A stretch of 63,306 nt of DNA, filler included, from Collodictyon triciliatum (taxonomy: Eukaryota), in the NCBI GenBank assembly GCA_043381765.1. It is 12 parts of 12 records of this genome, joined end to end, with 100 filler letters (N's around TTAATTAATTAA, not from the genome) between each part and the next. Parts side by side here need not be neighbours in the genome. Positions count along the whole stretch, not along the records: positions 11,882 to 17,720 come from JBHJMP010004899.1; positions 17,821 to 23,657 come from JBHJMP010004900.1; positions 23,758 to 29,124 come from JBHJMP010004902.1; 9 more parts are not named here. One strand, given 5' to 3'. Shown piece after piece: positions 16,716-29,224 of this stretch (its first letter is position 1; every line of letters begins with the position of its first letter). Made by a program: the position numbers and the translations under genes. Under the pieces are notes generated by a model. That model saw nothing but the letters and a program-made list of their open reading frames with translations, did no database searches and was not told the origin of the DNA.

Positions 16716-17820
16716 TTGGTTTTTTTTTGTTTTTTTGTTTTTTTGTTTTTTGTTTTTTTTTTTGAAATTTTGAATGTAATTTTATACTAATTATGGAATT
16801 TATATTATTTAACCCGACAACTCTAATAAATATGAACATTTACAACAAGGAGCTAGAAAAAGATTAGAATCTAGTATCCAAATATAAGTGCTAGCTACAT
16901 TCATGAGCTGTTTCCATTCACGGACATGAAGGCGCAGCGTTTCGTAAGGAAGCCGACCAACCTGAGGACAAATCCGCTTTTTTTTCTTTCTACTATTATA
17001 TTTTCTTTTCTATTTCATATCCGGCAAGTTAGTTTCTTCTTTCTTTTTTGATTTGCTTTGTTGCCGTTTATGCAGAATTTGCTTCGCTTGTTTGCAGTTG
17101 TGAATAACTGGGTTTGAAAAGGTGTGATATGAGCGATAGGATAGATGCGATGGCCATGAAGACGAAAGTTGCAATTAGTATATTAGTGGAATGGCCCAAC
17201 TTCACGGAGCATGTCTTTTGCTGTTTGGGAGCAGTTTAAAGAGGCGAACAACCAAATAGTAGCAGATAGTTAGCTTCGATTACTTTTCATGAGTATACAT
17301 AATTTCATGATGTTGCTGTCGAATAATATTATGATTGGTATATTTAATGAGTTCTCTAGGTGATTGAATAAAAGTTACACAATCGGCATAATCCTTAAGG
17401 TAATCATGCCCCTCAGAAGTCCAGCATGCGAGGGATATAAGCAGGAAAATCGTGATGGTATGTGTGAGAGTATGCGAAAGATTCTTATTTTCTCCAGAAT
17501 CCTAGTAAAAATAAAACAAAAAAGTCAGTATTTTCCTCGGCAAAAACAACAACAACAATAAATGATTAATGATAAAATCTAATTGATTCGGGAAAAAGAC
17601 TGCCTGTACAGCTCACAACACGCCCTAGTCTAAAGCCATTACAGTCAGCGTATATCTCACCTTATTCATGACCAAAATAGAAAAGATAAAGCCCGGCACA
17701 AATAAGAAAATCGACATTATNNNNNNNNNNNNNNNNNNNNNNNNNNNNNNNNNNNNNNNNNNNNTTAATTAATTAANNNNNNNNNNNNNNNNNNNNNNNN
17801 NNNNNNNNNNNNNNNNNNNN

Positions 17821-20800
17821 GAAGCCTGATAAGCATAGACTGCATGATGCACTTCTTTCTGAGCTGTAGCTTCCATTCGGGCATGCAATACATGATGATT
17901 GATTGAATGAGCCAGTTTTATTGTTGAATGTACCAGCTGGACATGATGTGCATGATGCTTGACCATCCTTGTCATTCCAAGTACCTTGTGGACATTCAAT
18001 ACATGATGAGTTCCCATATGAGCCGGAGTTTGAGTTGAATGTGCCTTTTGGACAAGCATAGCATGATTGTGAGTCTTTCGTGATTCCTTCTTTTTGGTAG
18101 AACCCTGATAAGCAAAAGCTGCATGATGAACTTCTTTCTGAGCTGTAGCTTCCATTCGGGCATGAAATACATGATGATACATCAAATGACCCAGCTCTAT
18201 AGTTAAATGTACCGACTGGACAAGAAATACAGTCTGATTTCATTGAGTTCGCGTAAGTTCCTTGTGGGCACATAACGCATTCACTAATACTCCTTGCTCC
18301 AGATTTGGATGTATATGTACCGAGACTGCAGTTTTTGCATGAATTTAGGCCCAATCGGTCGCCATAAGTCCCGGGGAGGCAGAATTGACACAACATGGAT
18401 TTAGTTTCAGGAGAGTAGGTTCCTAATTCACAAGGCTTGCAATCGTTATAACTTTGGGATGCTGGAATATCGTTATATGTTCCGATCGGGCATTCTTGGC
18501 AAGAAGTCGCCCTAGATGAATTTGAGAATGTTCCAGGAAGACAAGGGGAGCAGAAGGTTTGTGATGTATTTTTAGAGTAAAACCCTACCGGGCAATTAAA
18601 ACATGAAGACTGTCCTCTTAGGTTATTGTAAGAACCAGGTTCACAGTCCAAACAATCTCCAAAACCTTCCATGGGCTTGTATTGCCCTTCATTGCATGGA
18701 ATACAATCATCAATGCTTTTAGAACCGATATTTGCATTGAAGGTTCCTTTATTACAAGATGTGCAAATAATTTGGCCGATGTATGGATTAAAAGTTCCTT
18801 TGTCGCATGCTTTACATGAGGATTGACCAATATTTGAATTAAAAGTTCCTAATGGACACAGAGTGCACGAATCGATTGAATTAGCACCTTCTAATGGATT
18901 AAAAGTCCCTGAAGGGCACGGAGAGCAATAGAAACCTTCTTTTACACTGAAAGTTCCTGCTGGGCATATTTCGCAATTTTTTCTCGCAATATCGTAAAAA
19001 AATCCATCCAAACATGTTTGCCAAATTTTTATCGACCCATCCCTACTACCAGATATGATTTTTAAATTGTCTGGTGTTAATACTATGCTCGATACACTGT
19101 CTCTATGCCCGATGAATTCTTGAATATCAGTCCCATCAGGGTACGTTAGCATCTTAATGACACTCCCAAAGCCTAAGAGGATTTTTGAATTATCTCTGTA
19201 GAATGCAATTGATCCAGTACCCTTCCATCTGAATAGTAATATTTTATCTGTCGCATAGTCGCGAACTAAAGTCTCATCTCTACCCCCTGATGCTATTTTT
19301 TGTCCATCGGATGACACTGTAAGATAGTAAACCCAGTTAGCATGGTCATACCTCGAACTGATTAATCTTCCGTCTTTAATATCCCATCTTCTAATATGGG
19401 CATATCCTCCGGAGATTATAAATTTACCGTCTGGTGATACGGCAACGGTATTTATCCAATTTGTGTTTCCGTTTATTGATAGTATTAAAGTTCCGTTGGA
19501 TACGAACCAAACATTTATTTTATGATCATGGCTGCCAGACACAACGTGATTATTATCTGGTGTAAATGCAACACTATTAACTTGACCAGTATGACCAGTC
19601 AATGTATGAATCAAAGCTCCATCAGAAAGATTCCAGATTTTTATTGTATTATCTCTACTTCCAGAAGCGATTTTTGAGCCATCAGGAGTGGTAGAAACAC
19701 TAAAGACGGCACCAGTGTGACCAGTCAAAGTGCGAATGATTGCTCCATTAGAAATGTTCCAAATTTTAATTGTGCTATCGTAACTTCCAGAAACAATTTT
19801 TGAGCCATCAGGAGTAACAGAAACACTTGATACGACAGAATTATGTCCCATTAATGTATTCAAAAGGAAATTTTGGTTGTCAGGAAGTTTCCAGATAATT
19901 ATTGAACTTTGACCTCCAGAGACAATTTTTGAACCACTCGACGCAATATCAATCGCCAAAACATCGTTATTGTGCCCATATAAATTTGTGATAAGTGAAC
20001 CTTTCGACAAATTCCATACTTTGATTGAGTCATCATGACTCCCAGAAACGATTATCTGATTGTCAGGGGAAATATCGACGCATCTAATGATATCTGCATG
20101 TCCATATAATGTTCTTAGTAGAGCACCAGTGGATAAATCCCATACGTTTACAAATTTATCGTCGCTTCCAGATACAATCTTCGAGCTGTCTGAAGTAACA
20201 GCGATCCCTCTTACCCAACTGGTATGACCAGTCAATGTACGAATCAAGGTTCCATCAGATAGGTTCCAAATTTTAATTGTTTGATCAGCACTTCCAGAAA
20301 CAATTTTCGAACCATCACGAGTGGCAGCAATACCGAATACTGAGTCGCTGTGGCCCATTAATATACGAATTAATTTTCCATCAGGGATATTCCACACAAT
20401 AATAGTGGCATCTCTCCCTCCAGAAACTACTTTTTTTCCATCTGGAGTTACTGTAACGCAATAAATGTAACCAGTATGTCCAGATAGGGTTCTCATCAAA
20501 ACTCCATCTGAAAGTCTCCAAATTTTAACAGTTTTATCACCACTACCAGAGATAATTATTGCACCATCGGGTGATATCGAAACTTCACCTATCCAGTCTG
20601 AATGATCACTCAAAGTTCTAATTAAAGCACCATCAGATAGATTTCGAATTGTTATTTTACCATCCCATCCACCTGAAACAATTTTTGATTCGTCTGGTGA
20701 GACTTTGGTGCTACAAACAATACCTGTTGGTATTGTTGTAATGATAAAGTTTTGGCAACTCGAAAAAATTATGAAACTGAACAGAATCCCTATGTTTTAG

Positions 20801-20945
20801 TTTTCACTTGTCAGTCTAAATATTAATGGTAAGAGTTATGTGTGATATTGATATCTCCATAGACAATATATAGGCACAAATAAAAATAAGCTAAATTACC
20901 GACAGTCCCCCTAATTTTGTAACGAAGATTAGATTCTAAAACCAT
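17821..20945 (-). CDS. Putative secreted/surface protein: signal-like N-terminus, about 14 WD40 repeats and Cys-rich CxxCPxGTF/Y (ephrin-receptor-like/TNFR-like) repeats; 3' truncated
   Basis: Exon 1 20945-20900 (MVLESNLRYKIRGTV) joins exon 2 20789-<17821 (GILFSFIIFSSCQNF...). It continues with GH..V..V..TPDGSKIVSGS.D.TIKIW repeats, then CEICPAGTF, CSPCPSGTF, CTLCPLGTF and similar repeats. Confidence 0.9.
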
Positions 20946-23900
20946 GGCCTATATATTGATTGCAAATGATTGTGTGATAAATTTTCATTCTAATAAAGTG
21001 AATAGCTGAATTGTAAAGTGTTTTGTTTTTCCTTTCAATTTTGTGCAAGATCGTGGAAATTTTGGCCTTGAAACTATATTTTTAATTATATTATCGTTTC
21101 TATAATTTTATATTTTGATATAATATGAATATATTCATTCGTATTAGTAAACTTTCATGAATAATATATCCTTGATATACTTAAAATGAAACCATAGAAA
21201 TAAAACACTATTGCTCAATGTGAATCATTCAATATCTCGTCCATTTTAATTTTTATGCTTCTCAAATTACAAAACAAAATAATCAAGATTATGAGAAGAA
21301 AAGGAAATAATTATCATGCGTTCTAAGTTTCAAAAACTATGGATTATTCCATCATAAAATTTTGTAATCAAACTATTTTCAATGTAGAAATTATTGTAAC
21401 CTAAATCAAACTATATTCAACGAATTCTCATAAATATAGGATCGAAAATAACAACAAATTATTGACACAAATGTATACTTATGTATTGTATTGAAAATAC
21501 ATAAGCTTTACTGATGTTCTAAAACATTTAATATTTTTGAAAAGATCACTCTTTTAAATTGGATTAAGATAGTATAATTTTAATTTTGACCGTTTATCTT
21601 CTTCCTTATCTATGAATGCTCATTAATATTTTGATTTTTTAACTTAATAATTATAAATGGTAGGCGCTTTTAGTAATATATGTTATGGGAAATAAAAAAA
21701 GGCATCTTAGAAGCTATATTTGAATTATTCCACAACTGATTCATATTTGATATAAATCCTACTAGCATACGAAGTGTTAGATAATTTGTTGTCATGGTTA
21801 ATTTTAGCTTTAAACAAGACCATAGGTCGGGTAGAAATCTGTGCTGTTTTCGTATCACCAATATCGCAATTCGCCTCGGCGATGATGAAGGAAGAATGGA
21901 AGGACTTGGCCTCGAATCGACTAGGTCAGGACCCCTGGTAGTTGAAGCTCTTTAGACTTGTAAATACACTCGAATATCATTGATGTATAGTGATGAGCCA
22001 TGAATTCGGCTTCTCTAACAAGCCTACCTAAATCCGAATCCGACAGTCGTAATGTTCTCAACCAAGGCGCAACAACTTTCTCGGACTGAAGAAAATTCAA
22101 AAAAATGTATCTTTAATCGAATAAAGGAAAAATACTCCTATTATTTCAAATATTTTAATGTATTTTTTAGTTAAGAACCAGTGTATTTACTCTGTCTGCC
22201 TTTAGTATATTATTTTGCTATTGATGTCTATTCGAAATGATTATTCCATTTATATTTCATGAGTAATCACCATAAAAAGATCCGTTTTCCCTGTGGATAA
22301 TAATTGTAATTATTTTAATACTTAATTCTATATAAAAATCAGTTATAAAATGAGGAATAATTTTCTTTTATTCGAATCAAAGTGACAATTCCAAATATTA
22401 AGATTTTTTGAATTTATAATGAATATTTAAGACCAATCTACCAGTTATTTTCAAATTATGTATGAAAAGTACCTCCTAGATTTGCATCTCGATTAAAAAG
22501 GAAGTCATTCATTCTGCAAATAGTGTAAGACAAAGTTAAGTATGACACCAAAAAAATGTTTCCACTCTTGATTTGAATAATATATTATTAATACTGAATA
22601 TATGTTTTATAATGAAAAAATATCTGGTAGATCTTTTCCGAACAAAATCTTGTGCATTCGCGCTAAGACCATCAGATTTTGTTATGAAAGCGTATCAGAA
22701 AAGAAAATTTTTCTATCAGAAATTATCGAATATTGAAGAAAAATTAATCAAATTAGATGAGCCTATGAAGCAGACATTTCAATTGATGCATGAGATATTC
22801 GCCTGAATAACCGACCTCTTGTGAAATATTTTATCGGGTTCGGTAATCGTCCCACAGGGTGCGCGGTGTGCATGATTCCGCCCCTGTATCATGCATTCCA
22901 TGAGCTCATCTCCTGTGTCCTCAGTTATACCCAATCCAGGGCAGACGGGGTGTGCTTCGCCGGACAACGAAGCACACCCCACAACTTTCGAAGAAAATGA
23001 CGTCACCAGAAGAGTGCTTCCATGAGAGAGGAATGAGATACCATATCTACGCCGAGCTTCGACGCCACAAAAACACACCTCACAGAATTGTCCCTCTCTA
23101 TTCCATTCCTGCCCTTCTTGGAGAATCCCCCATGCCTCCCAGACACCGCTTTGTAACACCCAGGCCACAGGTCAAACCGCAGGATGCAATCCTGAGTACC
23201 GACTACTTCTCCACCGACAAGTAGCGCCCATACAACCGATGGCTAGCGAACCAAAGCCAACATCCCCACTCGGTCCTGCACAAAATTGAAAGGAAGAATA
23301 AAAAAAAAATGCCTACACGATGCTTGTGCTCGTTGGAGTGGGTGCTCTCGTTGCTGTTCTGAATGCGATACCGTTTTGTTCCAGTCTGCTCCGGCGTGTG
23401 GGCGGCCGTGGAGGTGGGTCTTTGGAACACAGACACCGATGCAGATACACTCCTCTGGTGGGAGGACATCTGCTGGGCAGCTTTTTCGGCGATAGCAGCT
23501 TGGCGTGTTACTCTGCGAGTAGCAGACACGCCAGCCTTTATCGCGGAGGTGGCTGCCTCTGTCGGCTTTGTCTGTTTGAGGGTGCTGCGAAGTGTTGTCT
23601 GTTTGCAGACATCGGAGTTGCCGCTCGCCTTCGCTTGGGTGGCGGCGGGCTTTGTTTNNNNNNNNNNNNNNNNNNNNNNNNNNNNNNNNNNNNNNNNNNN
23701 NTTAATTAATTAANNNNNNNNNNNNNNNNNNNNNNNNNNNNNNNNNNNNNNNNNNNNTTTTTTTTTTTTTTTTTTTGTTTTTTTGTTGTTGGCCTTTTCA
23801 TTTTTTCTTTTTTCTCTCCGTTAAATCTCTTTGATTGCTAGCTAATCCCTTTGTTATCAAGAGCATCGCCGATGGCCACGAAACAGACGAACACCGACAA

Positions 23901-24278
23901 GCAGATGGATCAGGCCGAGGTCGAAAAGCAAGTGCCAGCAAAAGATCGAAGCGCGATGCCAGGATCTTACGCCTCGGGACTTACTTTGGTCCTCCTTTCT
24001 ATTTCTATTTCTTTTTTCTTTTTCTTTTTCTTTTTTCCTTTCCTTTTTCTATTTTTATTATAACGCATGTATTTGCCAGTTTCTCTGTTGGAAGATACGA
24101 ATGTTAATTGTTTTCGATTCTGTTTGTGTACAGTATTATTTTTTTTGAAACGACGCCACATTTATTGAATATTATCATGGATAAAAGTTGGTCGAGAAAA
24201 AGAATATGCTAATCGTCCACTTTACCAGTACTTTCAATCCATATCCAACCAAAATCATCATCAACACAGGAATCCACC

Positions 24279-27200
24279 ATGGAAAAGTCTTTTACACCCA
24301 CTCGCTCAACACCCAAACCGGGCGCTATATCTGAATCGTCATCTGAAGTGGAACATCTAACACCTGAGGCCATTAAGGTTCCTTTTTGATTTGTACTAAG
24401 TCATCAGTATGTATTTCATTTATCTTTCTACCGCAAATATTTCCAATATGGTATCATAATTTCTGTTGTTAAATTATCCCAATATAATTTCTGCGAATTA
24501 GATTCTATTTGAACTATGGTTAATTTATGCAAAAAAAATAAAAATAATTCTTCTCAACATAAAATATTCGTGCAATAATCGAAACCATGATTTTATATAT
24601 ACATGCTTTATATACTGAACAGGTAATAGGCGGAATCATCGATATTTATTCACTTCTCTGGACAAAAGATCCGAGAGGTCGACCCTGTGTTGGGGTTTGC
24701 ATTCCAGACACAGTTCAATTCAACACACATGGCATTGAGGTATATCTCATTTTCGATGGTTTAAACGCTGAATTACTTTTTCAAAATGTATTTTTAAATA
24801 GCTAAAAATACATTCTTTTAAACAGTCAAATACATAAGCCCGTATGTAAAACATAAACATGTTTCTGTCCTGTTTTCTTCTCTATTCCTTGAAGGATTGG
24901 TTCTTCACTTCACATGGGGAGAAAACTGTCCTAAGAAAAAGCAATCATAATTTGTTGGAAGATAATGTCGTGGATTGTTTTCTGTCCCCTCCACCATCTA
25001 GCATGCAATATAGCGCGCATTCTTCTTCGAAAAGGAAAGGGATGCAGGACATCACTGGATACGTCATGAAACAAGGAACAGACCCAAAATGTACTGTAAA
25101 AAAAAATAGTGCATAACTGTATTATAATTTTAATTATATTATGTAGGACACATCACCGTTCAATAAAATCTTACGCTCTCAATCTACTAGTTTTAATTGT
25201 CAATAATGATGATTTTTTTTTTTTAGCACCGACCACATCTGTAATGGAATATTTAAGTGAAAAGAGCTTAAGTAATTGGTTTCATAATTTTTTTTATCCA
25301 TAAGGTTTAATTAATTTTTTATACAAAAATACTAATAGTTATCGCGTAAAACCTTTAGAAACATTTATTTATGGAGACCGCTATCCACGAGCTTTTCTTC
25401 AGAAATTCGTAGAGTCCAAGGGAAAGAATCATGGTTTTTTCCCCATGCATACTGATAACTCAATAAAAATATTACATAAAAGATCCATCCATCTCTGGGT
25501 TTGTTCATATTTTATTTCATATTTCTCATTTAATATTGTATTTCTACTTTTAGCAATCATCCGAGCTGCGTGGTCACCCCAAATATGCTTACTGGAGCAG
25601 AAAGTGAATCGTTTCAAAATGCACGACAAGAAAATAGACATGGCTTCACGAGCAGCGACATATGATGCAGAGGACTCATACAGTACTATAGGTTGGATTA
25701 TTTTTATTATTGCTATTTATCTATTCATTCTACCATATCCATTGGATCATAATTCATAGTGCGATTCAAATATTTTCTTAACTTAAATTGTTATCTTCCA
25801 ACCATAATATCGCTCTTTACCTACCATAAGTCATATTCTTGTATAATTTTCCATTTTTGAACGACCATGATTCTTCCTTTGCTCATGAACAAACTAGTTC
25901 CAATCCAAAGTGAAGTTCTCAATGGAAGAATTCGGCACATGTGTTATATAATTATCGATCACATTGAAAGCCTTTGTGCAAAGCAATACAGGTCAGTCGA
26001 AAGTTTAGTATTAGACCAAAGAACTAGATATAATACAGTATATATTTAAATGCAAAACATTCACTGCCTCATGTTAATATGCAAGAATTCGATATGCTGA
26101 GTTTTACATGAAAGTCGATGACTCTGATACAATATGGCTATTGTGGTGCTCTTCTCTCCAATTTCATGGACAGGTTCACAATTACTACACATTTTTTAAG
26201 CCATATCTAGATTGAAATGCTTTTCTTTTTTAGTTCGAATTTTAGGTAATTTGAAATATTCCTCCCTGAGTAATCAAAGGCTGTGAGTACTTCCTTTAAT
26301 CTAAAAAAAGAATTTAACTAATTATGAAGCCTACCTTCCACGCAAATCCGAAACCACTTTGGATTGCAGAATTTTCTTCGAAAGGCGGAGATGAAAAGCA
26401 GAGGAAATTGCGGTCAGAGCGTGTTTTCAAGTGTCCTAGCTGCCAACAAACATTTGGTAGCTAGAAACTTTATTTGAACTAATTAAAAGTTATCCATTTA
26501 AAATATATAACCCCATACATCTTATCGACCTAAAATCAATACCTTATCCTCGGCATTTGCACTTTATTTTTTTTTTAAAAAAATTCTTATGATTGCTATG
26601 ATTGTAGGCAACATGCAAAAATTTCCAATCAAATACAAATCGATCATATCCCAATATCAATCGGTAATTTATCAGATTTGACTACATACCTCTCCGTTTG
26701 GAATTGACTATTTTTTCCCCAGATATGTTGTGCTCTGTAAAATATTATGATGTTAAAACTCATCGGTATTTATTCAAACAAGTCCTTACCGAAGAAGCAA
26801 AGTCCGTTCGGGTCTCTCAGGGAGATATCTCAATCACTAGAAATGCCAAGAAGTCCACAAACACTGCTAATACCACAAAGTTCTTCGACACTACATACTC
26901 CACAAACTCCACAAACTCCACAAACACCGCAAACACCACAAGTTTCACAAGCTCCACACGTATCACAAAGTCGCCGAACTTCTCAAACCCTAAGTGTCCC
27001 AGAAACACCTCAAACTCCAGGGAGTGAGTCTATGAGAGATATTCATAAGCGAGGCTCCCTGCGATCTTTGAAAAGCAGAAAATCTATGTCTGTGATTACA
27101 AGAAAATTCTCTGAGGCGAAGCACATGACAGAGGTTCGAACATAATTTTTATCCAGTCCTCTTCTCACAATAATACATCAATGTTTCGATAGCAATTATG

Positions 27201-29124
27201 AAGATTGCAAGCAAGCCTGCATTTATATTCATTCCTCAACAAGTCGTAAATGAATAACAGATATTGGAAGAGAACGGTGACCCGATGTATTTCATTCCCC
27301 CTGTTCTAAAGAATATTATGCCTGATTTGATAACGGCAGAATACAAGTTTTTGATGTTAGAACCTGATTTTCTTCATACGATGATTTATGTATGTGAGGC
27401 ATGTTGCCTTTCTATGAACGAAAGGTAAAATAGCCTCATGTTCCTTGACATAAAATGTAGAGACGAGTTTTTCAAGTTACAATATAAGTTTTTAACGGTA
27501 CCTATCGACTTTTTTTGGCCCTGAATATTTTTTTCCATACTACAAAAAATAGTGCGTTGGTAAGCGTCAGAAAAGATCCAGACACTCAACTGAGAAAGAA
27601 GACTGCTACACTACCGTCAATTGGGGGTGCCTCAGAGAGGTTCAAAAAATTATATGTGCTGTTTCCGATATTGGACATAGTGATTCAATAATATGTACAT
27701 TATTTATTTGTTTAAATATTTCAAAATATGTACAGCAATGGATATGGAAGGAAATCATCTACATTTAAGGTATGTCATTAAAAAGAAATAATGCTTCAAT
27801 AGATTCATAGCAAAATTTTAGGAAATTTAGTACTTTATAAATGTAGACTTGCAAGCGGATTAATGTACCAAATTTCTCTTATATTTTTAGGAGTCTGACC
27901 CATGTAAGTCGATGTACAAATCATAACTCAACAAGTAAACTTTTCATAAAACCATAAATACGCCTTGCTGCATTCTATACTCACAAATATATACATATCG
28001 ATTAATATCACGTCATGCAATGCTAGATTCAAGGTAAGACATTATTATTATTATAATTATTATAGTTATTGTATTTAGCTCATATCCAATGCATTTTTCA
28101 TACTTTATATATTTACCACGGAAAAGTCATTTTATTCTGATATGATACATTCCTTAACTTCAAATACAGACTACCAGACATATACCAAGACAGGTCAAAA
28201 TCATGTCCACCAGGAAGTTCATCAGGACTTTCCAATACTCAAGAATCGTTGTCGTACACACAATTTGGCAGACTGGATAGCCCAGGATATGAGAAAGTTG
28301 CTGGCCTTACAATCACTGCACCTTCGGTTCTGCTGCATCCATCTGTTAGTTCTCCAGGAGGTCCCAGACCTGGGTTCGGGCAAAGGCTCAGAACAGATTC
28401 GTCAGGTCGGGCCACTCCCTCAGCTTTTGACAGAGCCTCATTCGTTGACTCTTTAAACGAACATCAAGAGTTTAATGACGACGGAACTACAAAGTCGAAT
28501 AACGAGGTTCCTCCTGGTACGGGGAATGTTTCTAAAGAGATGGAATCCTTTCAGAACGATGGAAATAATATCCAGGATTCGCCCCGAGTGGAGGATAATT
28601 CTGCTCCTGTGCATTATATTCCCCTCAGACATATTGATAAGAAACCCATACGACTTGCTATTCAGCTCAACCTACAATCACGTCCGATATCAAATCCAGC
28701 GTCTTTTGCTTCAAGAGCCGTATTGCTTCCTAAGCTGAATCAAAGTGATAAAAGAGCAGATGTGGGTACATCATTAGGTGATGGTTTGATTAAAGACTGT
28801 AAAGATGAGGAAACTCATTCAACTGCAGTCCCCACGCATTGCAATACTCAAATAGAAAATGATAGTCATGCAACCAGCCCAAATTCAGAGAGGAAACAAG
28901 AAATGCAGCAACAAGAACATCAACACAAAGAGCAACAAGAACACCAAGAACACCAAGAACACCAAGAACAACAAGAGTATCAACAAGGACAACAAGAACA
29001 ACAAGAACAACAAGAACAACAAGAACAACAAGAACAACAAGAACAACAAGAACAACAAGAACAACAAGAACAACAAGAACAACAAGAACAACAAGAACAT
29101 CAACAAGAGCATCATCAACAAGAG
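24279..29124 (+). CDS. Uncharacterised multi-exon protein: ATP-grasp-like core, split CxxC...CxxC motif, TPQ repeats and Q/E/H-rich tail
   Basis: About 17 phase-consistent GT-AG exons. Peptides: [92 protein letters not shown]. The start codon is uncertain. Confidence 0.75.
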
Positions 29125-29224
29125 NNNNNNNNNNNNNNNNNNNNNNNNNNNNNNNNNNNNNNNNNNNNTTAATTAATTAANNNNNNNNNNNNNNNNNNNN
29201 NNNNNNNNNNNNNNNNNNNNNNNN

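Noticed and set aside
21922-23657. Minus-strand gene linking the 23657-23316 ORF to a possible exon at 22085-21922
   Set aside because: I could not build a phase-consistent model or recognise a family. The frames after the motif acceptor hit stops.
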